NCBI GenBank assembly: GCA_963664195.1
Contig: OY760907.1
Location: 1,600,001 to 1,664,000, forward strand
Direction: 5' to 3'
Length of the DNA: 64,000 nucleotides
From: an uncultured candidate division Zixibacteria bacterium
GTDB taxonomy: Bacteria > Zixibacteria > MSB-5A5 > GN15 > FEB-12
Position numbers and translations under genes: made by a program. Shown here piece after piece: positions 28,288 through 39,537 of the stretch. Position 1 is the stretch's first letter. Each line of letters begins with the position of its first letter. Under the pieces are notes generated by a model that made no database searches, was not told the DNA's origin, and saw only the letters and a program-made list of their open reading frames with translations.

Positions 28288-28929
28288 ATGAAGGTAACCA
28301 TACTCTACGACAACGAATCCCAATCACCAAACTTGCAGTCCGACTGGGGCTTCTCCTGTCTGGTCAGTCACGGCGGGGTCAACCTCCTGTTCGACACGGG
28401 GGCCGATGGCGCCCTGCTGCTGAGAAATATGCGGACACTCGGAGTCGATCCCGGCTCGATTCAGGAGGTGTTTGTCTCCCACGTACACTTCGACCATTCG
28501 GGCGGGCTGTCGTCGTTCCTCGGAGAGAACCAGGACGTTCGAGTCTGTGCCCCGGACCCGCTGAGAGGGATCAGGTCCGCACGTGAGGTCGTGTATGTCG
28601 ACAACAAGCCCGCGGAACTGCGGAGGGATTTCTTCACCACTGGACTGCTGGAGGGGCTTGAGCAATCGCTGGTTGTGCGAACCGAAAGGGGGCCGGTCGT
28701 GGTTGTCGGATGCGCCCATCCGGGAGTCGAGGCCATCCTGGAGGCTGCCCGGCCGCTGGGAGAACCCTACGCCCTGATCGGCGGCCTGCATGAATTCGCT
28801 GCGCTCGACGCACTGCAGTCGCTGAGTTATATCTGTCCTACTCATTGCACCCAACATATCGCTGAGATTCGGTCTCGATACCCGGACAGGTTCATTCCCG
28901 GAGGGGTTGGGGCGGTCTTTGAGGTATAA
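28288..28929 (+). CDS. MBL-fold metallo-hydrolase
   Basis: WGFSCL, LFDTG, SHVHFDHSGG, GCAHPG, GGLH, PTHCT. Confidence 0.92.
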   Translation: MKVTILYDNESQSPNLQSDWGFSCLVSHGGVNLLFDTGADGALLLRNMRTLGVDPGSIQEVFVSHVHFDHSGGLSSFLGENQDVRVCAPDPLRGIRSAREVVYVDNKPAELRRDFFTTGLLEGLEQSLVVRTERGPVVVVGCAHPGVEAILEAARPLGEPYALIGGLHEFAALDALQSLSYICPTHCTQHIAEIRSRYPDRFIPGGVGAVFEV

Positions 28930-29389
28930 GCCGCACGGGTAATGCCGGTTCCGGGGGCGGAATATCTACGCAAATCGGTTTCTTCTCTTTAAACCCGGTA
29001 TCGATTTCGTATCATCCCGTAGAAGCAAAGGGGATGAACAGAGAAAGATAGGTGCAATATGTCGTTGAATTTGTGGGCGGCAGACGCCCCCGTCTGCCCC
29101 AGCCTTACCTGTCGATATTGTGCCCCCGTCCGGGGTCCGGACCGAGGACATGGGTAACAGTATATTGACGGTACTGATCGAGGAGGTGGACAGTGCCGCG
29201 GGAAGTGGGGGGAGGCAATCCGGGTGCCCGTTGGGCAATCGAGTCAGTCTGACAAACTCGTTTGTGAGCCTGTCGTCTGGTGGCCCACCCGTGCCCGGGT
29301 TTGTTGAATAACCCCTGTTCTTCAACTGTGATTGCTTGTGTATGATCCGGACATAGGTTACATGGATGGATCCCATTCCCGGGGTGCCG

Positions 29390-31027
29390 CTACTTCGTGT
29401 CCGATTCCATGGGGCTCCACTCGCCGAAATTCTCGACCTCAACCCTGCACTTGCCCCGCGAGGTCCAGCGTTCATTGGCATTGTAACTCCATTCAAGATA
29501 CTCCGAACCACCCCCGCCCACGGTGGTGACAAGGAACCGATTGTCGAGAAAACTGAAGTTGTTGGCCTGGTCTGACGGCCATTTACTGTCGCCGCCGGAC
29601 GGGTCAACCGGCAGCCATCCGTAACCCGGTAGATAGATTTCCACCCAGCGATGATAGACATCATCGTACGACGCATCGTCGTTGCGAACCGTTACCGCAC
29701 CGGCGTATCGTGCAGGGAGACCGGCGGCCCGGCACAAGGCGATATAAACGAAACTATATTCCGAGCAGGAGCCGTTGCCTCTCTCGAGCACTGCCGGCGC
29801 AACGTTCCAACCACCTGCGAGTTCGTAGTCGATATTCTCGATTACGTGACGGAATATCCTGCGTCCGATCCAGTAGGGATTGGTTTCCGTGCTGACAGCC
29901 TGCTTCACGGCCTCCTGAATAATCGGATTCTCCAGCGAGAACTTCGTATCATCGGCGAGGTATCGCTCACGGATGTCCGACGGAATGTCATCCAGTGATC
30001 CCAGTCTGTCGGGGAACACGAAATAGCGGGTCTTATACAACTTCGCCGACGCATTCATGCGCACCGTGATGAATTCGGACGGAGCCACGCTTTCAAATCG
30101 GAAGTGAGCAACTTTCTGTCCCCACTTGTCGGTAAGTATGTCCGTTGGACCGGGGTCGAATTCCACCGGTGCAAGGAGTTCCTGATTGCTCCGAGTTTCT
30201 GGAATCGCAAGGTAGATGTCGAGCGTCAGCAGTGTGTCCGGTCCGAAATTTCTTGTCTGGTGAACAAACTCTATCCGCTGTGCCCTTTCCTCAGTGCGCG
30301 CGTACGGTGTGTCATCGTCAAATGCCAGTTCGTACACACGATCGGTCTGGTAGTCGACATTCCACAGATGGTCGCCGGCCCATGCCAGCCCACAGCTGTG
30401 TGGTCCGGGTGAATCGAAGCAATCAATCACGGTACCGTCATCGGGGCGCACCATGTAGATCATATTCTTGTAGCGGTCGGATACCCACAGGCGGGTACCG
30501 TCGAAGGTCAAACCCCAGGAGCGTGAGGTGGGGGCCGGTATGGTGGTGATCGTGGTCCCGTCCTCGCTGCTGATCTTGTGAAGTTCCTCGCTGCCCTCGG
30601 CGGCAAGCCAGAGGTGTTGACCATCCCAGGCCAGTCCGGTGGGGCGTGAGACCGGACAGAATATGGTGCGCTCGACGACGCGAGTCGCAGGGTCGATGGC
30701 GTAGATCTGCTGTTCTGCAGCGTCGGCACACCACAACCATTTCCCGTCCCAGGCCAACCCGCGTGGTACGTAACCGGGGGCCGAGAGCGAATCGGAGATC
30801 GAGCCGTCGCCGGGATCAACCTGATAAATCAGATCGGTGCTTCGGTCAGAAATCCACAGGTGCGCACCGTCAAATGCGAGTCCCTGCGGGCACCGGAACG
30901 GCGCGGGAATGGAGGTGACCGTGTCACCCGGAACGGCAAGTGCTGCCGGTGTGAGGGAGACAACTGTAAGGGTTGCAATTATCAAGAGGCAGGTGACCGT
31001 GAGGATGCCGGGTTTCCAACGTTCCAT
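29390..31027 (-). CDS. Secreted beta-propeller + transglutaminase-like domain protein
   Basis: Signal peptide; about 5 GLAWDG..LW repeats; triad GSCSEY / HRWVE / WLPVDP. Confidence 0.88.
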   Translation of the reverse strand: MERWKPGILTVTCLLIIATLTVVSLTPAALAVPGDTVTSIPAPFRCPQGLAFDGAHLWISDRSTDLIYQVDPGDGSISDSLSAPGYVPRGLAWDGKWLWCADAAEQQIYAIDPATRVVERTIFCPVSRPTGLAWDGQHLWLAAEGSEELHKISSEDGTTITTIPAPTSRSWGLTFDGTRLWVSDRYKNMIYMVRPDDGTVIDCFDSPGPHSCGLAWAGDHLWNVDYQTDRVYELAFDDDTPYARTEERAQRIEFVHQTRNFGPDTLLTLDIYLAIPETRSNQELLAPVEFDPGPTDILTDKWGQKVAHFRFESVAPSEFITVRMNASAKLYKTRYFVFPDRLGSLDDIPSDIRERYLADDTKFSLENPIIQEAVKQAVSTETNPYWIGRRIFRHVIENIDYELAGGWNVAPAVLERGNGSCSEYSFVYIALCRAAGLPARYAGAVTVRNDDASYDDVYHRWVEIYLPGYGWLPVDPSGGDSKWPSDQANNFSFLDNRFLVTTVGGGGSEYLEWSYNANERWTSRGKCRVEVENFGEWSPMESDTK

Positions 31028-31281
31028 ATAAAACCTCCGTTTGTAGGCGTAAACAGAAACGGACAACGGGTAACCGTTGTGATGTCATTTCCTAAGTTGA
31101 CTCTTCGATACGTGATGTCAACAGAAAAGAGTTGTTCGTCGATTGGGCATCGGACAACCGTCCAAGGCTCCGGCGAGCCTCAGAGTCTCTGGAGCTGATA
31201 CAGGAGCCGACCGGATCGGGAACAGACAATGTGTTCCAGCATGTTGGGAAAGTTCCTGTTGTTATAACACTCACATCCGGT

Positions 31282-33906
31282 TCAGTCGACGACCGTGATG
31301 ATACTCCTGAGTCGAATGTCTTTGGACGATGCGCCGATCATGACGCGGAAATCGCCCGGCTCGATCGTTTTCTGAAGATCCTTGTCCAGCATTGACAACA
31401 GGTCTGGAGTAATGACAAAACTCAGCTCCTGCGTTTCGCCTGGCTCAAGGTGTATCCGTTGGAAGCCTTTCAGTGCTATCAGTGGGAGTGCGACTGTGCT
31501 CAGTTCGTCTCTGATGTACAACTGCACCACCTCGTCTCCCGCACACGCGCCGGTATTGGTAACGGTGAAATGCACGGTGGATGCCTCTCCGGCAGCAATT
31601 GATGGTTGCTCCAGTCGAAGTCGGTCGTATTTGAACGTTGTGTAGCTCAAGCCAAAGCCAAAGGGAAAAAGAGGCTGACCTGTGAAATTGAAGTAGTCAT
31701 CGCCGCGACCGGTCGGTTTGTGATTGTAGACAAGGGGAAGCTGACCTTCGGCAACCGGGAAGGTGATCGGTAAACGCCCGGCCGGATTATAGTCACCAAA
31801 CAGGACATCGGCAATTGCCCGGCCGCCTTCCTCGCCCGGATACCAGGCGTCGACAACGGCAATTACGCTGTCCGGCCAATGGGACATGGTTACGGCGCTG
31901 CCTCCGACCAGGACTACAACGGTTGGTTTACCAAGAGTCGCCAGTCGTCGGATAAGTTCTTCCTGTCGTCCCGGAAGAGCCAGCGAGGCGCGATCACGAA
32001 ATTCACCCTCCTCCAGCCCGACCGCAACAACAACGGCATCGCATTCCCGTGCGAGGTCAAGCGCCTTACGGATGCCGGCCTCATCGTCGGCTTCCATCCC
32101 CACGTTCCACACCAGTTTCATTCTTGCGTTGCCGGTCGGTGCGGAAAACTCCAGGCGCAATCGGTACCCGCGTCCTTTTTCAAACGAGTACTCTTTTACG
32201 ACTGTCCGGTGAGAGGCCTGAATCCGATTATCGATGATCAGCGAGTCATCAAGGAACAAACGGTACCCGTCGTTTCCTTCGACTCCTATCAGAAATTCGC
32301 CTGTTGCGGGGGATGTGAGTTTTCCGGTCCAGCGCACAGAGTAGAAGTCGTACGGGAGTCGCTCCGGATCGGGTGAGAACAGGGTCCATTGGAACTGCAC
32401 GGTTTGATCGATGCGTGTGAACGCCGGGGGACCGTCAAGAGAAGCGTTTGTGAAGTACTCACCGAGAAGTCCCTGACGGGTCGAGTCGTTGTCGATACAG
32501 GACAAGTACTCTGATGAGACGGTCACGTAGTCATTTGTCAGTCGTTGACAGCCCGGTGTGTGAAGCACCTTGGTACCCGATCCGAGCTTTTCCGTGATTC
32601 CGCGAAGGATGCTGCAGGATCGAACAGCCGGAGCGGAGTAACCTCCAAACCGCGCCTCGTCAGCGTCGGGACCGACAACAGCGAGTTTGCCGATAGACTT
32701 GTCAAGAGGGAGAACCCCGTTTCTGTTTCTGAGAAGTATGATCGATTCTCGGGCGGCGCGCAAAGCCAGTTGCTGACGTTCCGGTACCCCCGGGGTTGTG
32801 AACGCAGAGGTATCGGCATACGGATGTTCAAATAGTCCCAGTTGAAACTTGGCCCGGAGGACTCGCGCTACGGCTGAGTCGATTGTCGCGGGGTCGATAC
32901 GACCGTCGAGAAACGGCGGGATAAACAGCGTGTGATGATCGTACGATGTCTGGAAGATGACGTCCAGACCGGCGTTGATTGCGTTTGCCCCGGCATCGTC
33001 ATAGTCGGCGGCGGTGAAGTGAAGCACGTTGGCGCCTCCGACCGCACCGGCGTCCGAAATAATGAAGCCGTTGAAGTCGAGATCGTTTTTGAGAAGACCG
33101 TTGTTCAACCAGTCACTGGCGGAGCACGGAGCGCCGTCAAGAGAGTTGTACGAGGTCATCACCGACCGGGAACCTCCGCGCTTCAGACAGGCCTCGAAAG
33201 GGGGGAGGTGGATTTCACGAATCAATCGTTCGCTGATATGGATCGGGTAGCTGTCACGACCGCCGTCGCCGACATTGGCAAGGAAATGTTTCGGGGTAGT
33301 GATCACGCCGCCTCTTTCGAACTCCGACGTAAAGGCGGTTCCCATGGCCGCAGACAGAAACGGGTCCTCGCCGTAGGTTTCTTCGGTTCTTCCCCAGCGA
33401 ACGTCGGTAGCTATATTGACCACCGGCGACAACACCTGGCGGACACCCCGGTGACGGCACTCACGGGTTGTGGCCGCCGCGATTTCGTGCATCAGGACGG
33501 TGTCAAACGTAGCTGCCAGACCGATTGCCTGGGGGTAGATTGTGGCGTCTTTCTGCACCAGCCCGTGCAGGGCTTCGGCGAAGAAAATAACCGGAATGCC
33601 GAGTCGGGTGTCCTCGACAAAGTGGCGCTGGATATCGTTGGCTCGAATGATCGGGTCGATATCCTTCGTTGCGGCGGCTACCTGCAGTCCAAAGAGACCA
33701 TCGCTGTACCGGCTTTCGTCACCGTTGAAATCTCCCGCAATCATGAAGAGCTGCCAGAACTTCTCCTCGGGTGTCATGCGTGACAACAGGTCCTGCACAC
33801 GGGTGTCGATGGACGACGAGGAATCGCGATACACCTGGGCGTGTACCTGTGTGCCCAGGATTAGCAGCAGGATGAAAAAGACGGTCTTAGAATACCTTGA
33901 TTTCAT
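31282..33906 (-). CDS. Glycoside hydrolase family 3 (beta-glucosidase-like) with PA14 and Fn3-like domains
   Basis: RLGIP, EALHG, RWGRTEETYGEDP, KHF, ISD, NPAGRLP, GDEVVQLY. Confidence 0.95.
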   Translation of the reverse strand: MKSRYSKTVFFILLLILGTQVHAQVYRDSSSSIDTRVQDLLSRMTPEEKFWQLFMIAGDFNGDESRYSDGLFGLQVAAATKDIDPIIRANDIQRHFVEDTRLGIPVIFFAEALHGLVQKDATIYPQAIGLAATFDTVLMHEIAAATTRECRHRGVRQVLSPVVNIATDVRWGRTEETYGEDPFLSAAMGTAFTSEFERGGVITTPKHFLANVGDGGRDSYPIHISERLIREIHLPPFEACLKRGGSRSVMTSYNSLDGAPCSASDWLNNGLLKNDLDFNGFIISDAGAVGGANVLHFTAADYDDAGANAINAGLDVIFQTSYDHHTLFIPPFLDGRIDPATIDSAVARVLRAKFQLGLFEHPYADTSAFTTPGVPERQQLALRAARESIILLRNRNGVLPLDKSIGKLAVVGPDADEARFGGYSAPAVRSCSILRGITEKLGSGTKVLHTPGCQRLTNDYVTVSSEYLSCIDNDSTRQGLLGEYFTNASLDGPPAFTRIDQTVQFQWTLFSPDPERLPYDFYSVRWTGKLTSPATGEFLIGVEGNDGYRLFLDDSLIIDNRIQASHRTVVKEYSFEKGRGYRLRLEFSAPTGNARMKLVWNVGMEADDEAGIRKALDLARECDAVVVAVGLEEGEFRDRASLALPGRQEELIRRLATLGKPTVVVLVGGSAVTMSHWPDSVIAVVDAWYPGEEGGRAIADVLFGDYNPAGRLPITFPVAEGQLPLVYNHKPTGRGDDYFNFTGQPLFPFGFGLSYTTFKYDRLRLEQPSIAAGEASTVHFTVTNTGACAGDEVVQLYIRDELSTVALPLIALKGFQRIHLEPGETQELSFVITPDLLSMLDKDLQKTIEPGDFRVMIGASSKDIRLRSIITVVD

Positions 33907-36136
33907 CGATGAATATCCATGCCTTTCCGCCGGAACCTTTGTGCCATGAAGGACAGATCTTCAAACCGGTAGCTTTTACTCGGACATACCGCGCCGGTGC
34001 TGGTCCACATTCGATATTGAACGAAGTGGTTATCGCGCCGCTTTGTTGTGGAGGAACCGTATTGATTGCTTCGCCGACAGATGTGTATGTGGAGCCATCC
34101 AGCGAGACGAAAAACTCGACCTTCTCCGGCATGAAAACCCAGGACAGAATATCCTGTAGGAAATCTGTTTCGATTTTTGTGATCGAGATCGTTTCTCCCA
34201 GATCGACTACCGCATCCATATCTTCGCCTTCAAAGCCAAGCCAATGGAAATGGTAGTCTCTCCAGCCCTTGAGGCCGTCGGTGAGTGCGGAGGCATCGCC
34301 GTTGTGATATTTCGTACTCGCGGGCGTCTCCAGAGTGATCGGTTTGTTCAGGGCCAGATGGTTTTGGAGCGAGCTTGCGACGAACTGCTGTGTTGATTCC
34401 AGGTATTCCTCGGGGGGGATACCGTGTTCCCACAGGCGGGTAATGCCGCCGTCAATACAGCGATCGTAGAACGTTTGTAGTAACGTTTTCATCTCCGGCC
34501 GGGCGACCAGGGAGCGGTCGTCGGTAGAAGTGAAGAAACCGCGTTTGGCGAATCCCAGCATTTTGGCCTGCTCCAAAATTGCGTATTGCACCGGCAGGTG
34601 CGCCGTTTGGACATGGCGAAGATAGTCAGGCTGACCGATGACGGCGTTTTCAGCCTGTGCGAAAAGCACGTCGTAACGGTTCAGCATTTGTTCCGACAGG
34701 TATCCGTTGTCGGAGGGATACGGGTAACCATATATCGAAAGGTCCTCGCCCGAACGTTCAAGGGCGTCCTGCATGATATCAATATACTCCCGTACAAACG
34801 GTGCCGCGTCACCGTAATAACCGTCCAGAAAGTCAGTCATCACCGAGTCAACGTTGATATTCGGATTCCACAACAGTTTCGCCAGAAGATAAACTCGCAG
34901 TTCCGCAAACTCCCCCTGCATAGTTGCGACACCCTGTTCGAATACCGCCGTAATGCCGTTGTCGACGAAGAACCGGATGTTCGGTTGCAGGATGCTAAGA
35001 TTCGGGAACGGGCTGACAAGATTTCGGAACTGGATAACGTAGTCCCAGATAAGTATATTGTCTGCGATGCGATTCCAGTCCTTGATGTCTTTTACAAAGG
35101 AGGCGTTGGCGGGGTCGTCGGGGATAGGCTTGCAGCGGTTACATTCGATACTGCAGAGCATGATGTTGACGTTCGACTCCGGCCTGACGTGGGCCGGGGC
35201 GGAACGCGAATACTGGTAGGCGAGGGTGGATATAACTTTGTCAGGGAATTCTCTTGCCACCCGGTTCACGAAGTGTATGAGCGAGCCGGACGGGGAGCCT
35301 TCGGCACTGTCCCGTGCACGGCAGGCATCGCAATTGCAGGGAACGTACGTGTCGTTCTGTGACACCGACCAGTAACGGGCGTCGGGATTTTCCTGCATGC
35401 GGTGTCGGAGTTCGTCAAGCACGATTCTGTACACATCCGGATTGCTCAAACAGAGCTGGGCGTCAGCGACCCGCACACCGTTGCACTCCGAGAAATACTC
35501 AGGATGATCGGCGAAGTATTTCTCTGCCGGAACGAGGTCCTTGAACGTGTGTACAAACAAACCCCATTCATTCGGCTCGCTGAGTTTATGCCAGGCATTG
35601 TACGAAGTGTGGCGAATGTCCTGCATGCGGAACGCCAGCGCCGGTACCTGTCTGTCGTCTACAGGGGACAGGATGATAGTGGGTGTTTCTGGAATCACCT
35701 GGAAAGACGTACTGTATCGTCGGCAGCCGAGATATGATTCGAGGAAAGTGTAGACCGCGTTCTGCAGACCGCAATCGGTGCCGGCCGTGAGAAATAGATT
35801 GCTGTCAGTTGATCTGATATGAAACCCGTCCCGTCCGAGCGGTTGCGCATTGCTGTCGGTTGAAGCAGAGTCGGTCAGGTCAAACACAATGCACGGACCG
35901 GTGGGATGCGACGAACGCACTATCGGCAGATCAGCCCCGGAGATGCAACGCAGGTAGCTCCGAAGCGTGTCGGCTGCGGTTGCGGTGCGTGCGGAAGCAG
36001 TTTCCGGAATACAGATACGATGACTGCTGACACCGTTCCGAACCAGAACAAGATCATTCGCTTGTGCAGTCATGGGCAACCAGGCGAGGACTGTCGTGAC
36101 AACAGCAACCAGCGCTGTCAGCTTTCCGTTTGTCAT
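33887..36136 (-). CDS. DUF4838 domain protein with C-terminal F5/8-like carbohydrate-binding module
   Basis: YFADHPEYF, QLCLSNP, SQND..C.C..C, TLAYQY, WDY, AKLLWNP; WIFIDEI terminus. Confidence 0.85.
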   Translation of the reverse strand: MTNGKLTALVAVVTTVLAWLPMTAQANDLVLVRNGVSSHRICIPETASARTATAADTLRSYLRCISGADLPIVRSSHPTGPCIVFDLTDSASTDSNAQPLGRDGFHIRSTDSNLFLTAGTDCGLQNAVYTFLESYLGCRRYSTSFQVIPETPTIILSPVDDRQVPALAFRMQDIRHTSYNAWHKLSEPNEWGLFVHTFKDLVPAEKYFADHPEYFSECNGVRVADAQLCLSNPDVYRIVLDELRHRMQENPDARYWSVSQNDTYVPCNCDACRARDSAEGSPSGSLIHFVNRVAREFPDKVISTLAYQYSRSAPAHVRPESNVNIMLCSIECNRCKPIPDDPANASFVKDIKDWNRIADNILIWDYVIQFRNLVSPFPNLSILQPNIRFFVDNGITAVFEQGVATMQGEFAELRVYLLAKLLWNPNINVDSVMTDFLDGYYGDAAPFVREYIDIMQDALERSGEDLSIYGYPYPSDNGYLSEQMLNRYDVLFAQAENAVIGQPDYLRHVQTAHLPVQYAILEQAKMLGFAKRGFFTSTDDRSLVARPEMKTLLQTFYDRCIDGGITRLWEHGIPPEEYLESTQQFVASSLQNHLALNKPITLETPASTKYHNGDASALTDGLKGWRDYHFHWLGFEGEDMDAVVDLGETISITKIETDFLQDILSWVFMPEKVEFFVSLDGSTYTSVGEAINTVPPQQSGAITTSFNIECGPAPARYVRVKATGLKICPSWHKGSGGKAWIFIDEIKVF

Positions 36137-36139
36137 TGT

Positions 36140-37633
36140 CTACTCCGGCTGCAGGCGAATCGTCCAGGCATACGAGCAGGGCGGGACGGATCGCACCGAC
36201 TCCGGTATATGGACAGTACAGCCGTTGCCGTCCGGTTCCCAGACCAGCGGATCATCGACACCCAGCAGGGAGACTGTGGTTCCCTGACGGGGAGCAAATG
36301 ACGGTATGGAGACCGTAGCGGGTGGCGTTGCGTCTTTGCCGTCGGAAAGGCAAATGGCGTTTATAGTCCCATCCTTTGCCCTGGTGTAGCACACGGTGCC
36401 TTCTTTGTAGGGGGCAACTGCACGGGTGGAGTAGATGGCATCCCCGTTCACTTGCATCCATTCGCCGATTTCCTTCAGGCGCAGCAACGCATCGGGGGCT
36501 AAATCCCCATTGGGGCCGGGTCCGATATTCAGCAGCAGGTTGCCACCTTTGCAGACGATGTCAACCAGCAGATGGATCAGTCGGGAGGTAGATTTGTATT
36601 CATCGTTTCTAACGTAACTCCAGGACGTGGCCATGGTCATGCAGGTTTCCCAGACATAATCGAGGGCTTCTTCCGGGACCTCCTGCTCGGGCGTGCGGTA
36701 ATTCTGGTAGCGACCTTCAACTGCACGGTCAACGATAATCAATCCCGGCTGGTGGGAGCGAGCCATGGAAGCAATCCCCGGCATGTCGATATCCTGATTG
36801 CACGGGTTTTTGCCCCATCGAGGTGAGGTGGGTGTCATCGGCTGAACCCAGCCACCGTCGAGCCAGAGAATGTCGACCGAACCGTATTGCGTCATCAGTT
36901 CCTTGATCTGATTGTAAGTGAAGCTTTTGAATGCCTCCCATTTTTCCGGGTAGCGCTCGATATCATAGTTCACGTTTCTATCGAAGGGCGGGAAATAGGG
37001 CCACCAGTAGTCGGGGCAGTGCCAGTCGGCCTTGGAGAAATAGGCTCCGATGCCAAAACCTTCGCCGCGGAACGCATCGAAAATCTCTTTCGTGATGTTT
37101 GCTTTCGGATTGGCGCTGAACGGGCAGGCAGAATCGGTAACTTTGTAGTCAGTCTCTTTGGTTTCAAACATGCAGAAACCGTCGTGATGTTTGGTCGTGA
37201 ACACAACGTAGCGCATTCCGGCGGCCCCGGCGGCTTTGGCCCAGGTGGCCGGGTTGAATTTAACCGGATTAAAGACCGTCTTGAGTTTCTCGTACTCTGT
37301 TACGTACGTGTTGTAATCCTGTGAGTACGGACCGCGCCGTATGGTCCAGTTTTCATCTTCGGGACAGATACTCCAGCTCTCGACAATGCCCCACTCGCTG
37401 TAGATACCCCAATGCATGAGCAGGCCGAATTTCTGGTCCTGGAACCATTCGAGTTTTTTCAAGACAAGCGCGTCAGTCTCGCGTTCTTGAGCGGGTTTAT
37501 TATCCGACGTGAATGCGGTGTCGGCGAATGCGAAAAACAAGGCTACCATAATTACACCTATGGCTGCCGATCTGTGTTTGTGATTGGGAAAGATCATGCA
37601 CCATAGATAACTCCGGATAGGTCGCTTTGTCAA
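36140..37633 (-). CDS. Alpha-L-fucosidase, GH29 (start may be ATG 37597)
   Basis: KFGL.MHWG.YS, TTKHHDGF, ILWLDGGW, WETC.TM..SW, GGNLLLNIGP. Confidence 0.95.
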   Translation of the reverse strand: MTKRPIRSYLWCMIFPNHKHRSAAIGVIMVALFFAFADTAFTSDNKPAQERETDALVLKKLEWFQDQKFGLLMHWGIYSEWGIVESWSICPEDENWTIRRGPYSQDYNTYVTEYEKLKTVFNPVKFNPATWAKAAGAAGMRYVVFTTKHHDGFCMFETKETDYKVTDSACPFSANPKANITKEIFDAFRGEGFGIGAYFSKADWHCPDYWWPYFPPFDRNVNYDIERYPEKWEAFKSFTYNQIKELMTQYGSVDILWLDGGWVQPMTPTSPRWGKNPCNQDIDMPGIASMARSHQPGLIIVDRAVEGRYQNYRTPEQEVPEEALDYVWETCMTMATSWSYVRNDEYKSTSRLIHLLVDIVCKGGNLLLNIGPGPNGDLAPDALLRLKEIGEWMQVNGDAIYSTRAVAPYKEGTVCYTRAKDGTINAICLSDGKDATPPATVSIPSFAPRQGTTVSLLGVDDPLVWEPDGNGCTVHIPESVRSVPPCSYAWTIRLQPE

Positions 37634-38138
37634 ATGGTAGTGTTGTCCGCACAGGTGCTTATGACTTCGTGCTGCTGATCAGCAGACGTTCACACACAGC
37701 GCAAGTTCGTCCGGTGAACTGACCGTTGCCCTTCTCAGGAATCGGTCATAACAGGGGGTAAACTGCCGTAATACAACGCAAGTATCCATTTGCTGTTGTG
37801 TCGTGTGTACGTTTTTCTATCGTGGTGAAGTAGAAGCCTCAGCGCACAAACGGCAGGCGAACCCGACTGTGAAGGGCTTGTTGCAAGAGGTACGGTCGAT
37901 GACGCCCCCCTAATCGCCAGTGTATTCGAGAGAGCACCAGTGCAAGTAACATGGACAGATTCCACTGCAAGTTGTGGGGCACCGAATATATGCATTTGAA
38001 CGCCCCGGGTTTATCAACAAGCCCTGAAATGTGGGCTGTCTGTCCGCGCGGCCGTATACTCTGCGCTTGGACTCGTCCCGGCTCCTTGGTATGGCTAACT
38101 CTGATGAGCAGTCAACATGACTCAAGAAGGAGTATCAT

Positions 38139-38387
38139 ATGGCTGTTTGTCTCCATTGTGAAAAGACTGTGACGATGGAATCTACACGAAAAGATAGTAG
38201 CGATGAAGTGCAAAAAGAAGTAGAGGTAATGGTCAAAAAGGAAGTGATGCATTCATGTCCGCAATGTGATGAAGTCCTCGGTTTTGCATTCTCTTTTTGG
38301 TGGCATCGCAACGGGCAGACCTCGCTGATCCAGCGCTGGACCAGCGGGTGGAATTGTACAAGCATATCTACAATCCCACGCCGATGA
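38139..38387 (+). CDS. Small zinc-ribbon protein, possibly frameshifted near 3' end
   Basis: AAGGAG SD; CLHC...CPQC. Confidence 0.55.
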   Translation: MAVCLHCEKTVTMESTRKDSSDEVQKEVEVMVKKEVMHSCPQCDEVLGFAFSFWWHRNGQTSLIQRWTSGWNCTSISTIPRR

Positions 38388-38453
38388 AAGTAGTCCGCTG
38401 TCTCGCACGGTACGAGGACGGGCGAGGTTTCTGCAGTCAGTTGTAAGTCATAT

Positions 38454-39137
38454 TCAGAAGTTATAGGCGAATCCCAGCATCAAACGGGGTTCGATTTTTG
38501 GCTGAGCAATGGCGTTGTCGGCGTCGTCATACGTATATCCGTCGCGACCGTTGGAGTCGTCCCCGTCCGGCGAGTATCGGGTATCATGCCCGGTGAGGGT
38601 AGATTCGAAGTAGTAGTCAATGCCGAGATGAAAGACGAGATCGAACCTGGGACTCATTGCAAAATACGATTCAAACCCGCCGCCGACACCCCATTGGTTG
38701 CTGGTGACGTCGAAGTCCTCGTTTCCTCCGACATACTTGAAATTGGCTACGAAGCGCGCGTGGCGTGGTCCGCCAAACAGATATGCACGGGGGAGATTCA
38801 GTATTTTCACCGGGTATAGCATGTCGAATCTGAAATCGAGCTGCCTGCCCTTTTTTTCGGGAATGCCGTTGGTCGCATCGTTAATAAACACCTGTCGCGC
38901 CTCGGCTGACAGACCCGGCTGGACCGAAGTGTAGCCCATCGCCAGCCGGAGATTCATCGGGAGACCGGCGGCCACGTTGCTGACCATGCCGAATGCCTGG
39001 AATCCCGCCCCGCCGTAGTAACCGAGTTCAAGACCGCCCGAAAACGTTGGATTGCCTGAAGCCGAACCGTCCTTTGCGGAAGCTGTCATGCTCAAAATGA
39101 GCAACAGACCGAATAATACCATCATAATTCGCAACAT
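38454..39137 (-). CDS. Outer-membrane beta-barrel protein
   Basis: Signal peptide, alternating aromatic/Gly strands, C-terminal LMLGFAYNF. Confidence 0.8.
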   Translation of the reverse strand: MLRIMMVLFGLLLILSMTASAKDGSASGNPTFSGGLELGYYGGAGFQAFGMVSNVAAGLPMNLRLAMGYTSVQPGLSAEARQVFINDATNGIPEKKGRQLDFRFDMLYPVKILNLPRAYLFGGPRHARFVANFKYVGGNEDFDVTSNQWGVGGGFESYFAMSPRFDLVFHLGIDYYFESTLTGHDTRYSPDGDDSNGRDGYTYDDADNAIAQPKIEPRLMLGFAYNF

Positions 39138-39537
39138 GTTCTGTACCCTGTCCTTTCATTGACCGCAGGTCTGGTATTCATCGTGAGATGCCGCCTGGTC
39201 GGTAGTGGATAAGATGGACCAACGCAGTACGCAGTTATTCGTCATCAAGAACACGTTTCTTTAGATAAATGATCCCTCTGCTCACAATTGACACATTCCT
39301 GGTCGGTTTGTGCAATCAAAGGACAGGGGGTGGCGCGAGGTCCTGCGGTTAAGTGATTGCAGTGGGGGCTGTTTGAGGAAAGGCTCTGCAGGTGTTCTGA
39401 TCAGGCAATGTCTGGGGGAGAATTGTTTTCGTGATCCGACAAGTGAAGTCCGAAGATGACTTCGTTGCGCCGCCTCTAAACAAGCGTTGACAAAAGCGGT
39501 ACATTATGTTACGTATTAGTTATCAACTCACGAACCA

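Noticed and set aside
28966..29676. 236-aa minus-strand ORF
   Set aside because: Overlaps the transglutaminase gene out of frame and runs through REP repeats; composition not protein-like
38095..38130. Hammerhead ribozyme (CTGATGAG)
   Set aside because: No stem II followed by GAAA
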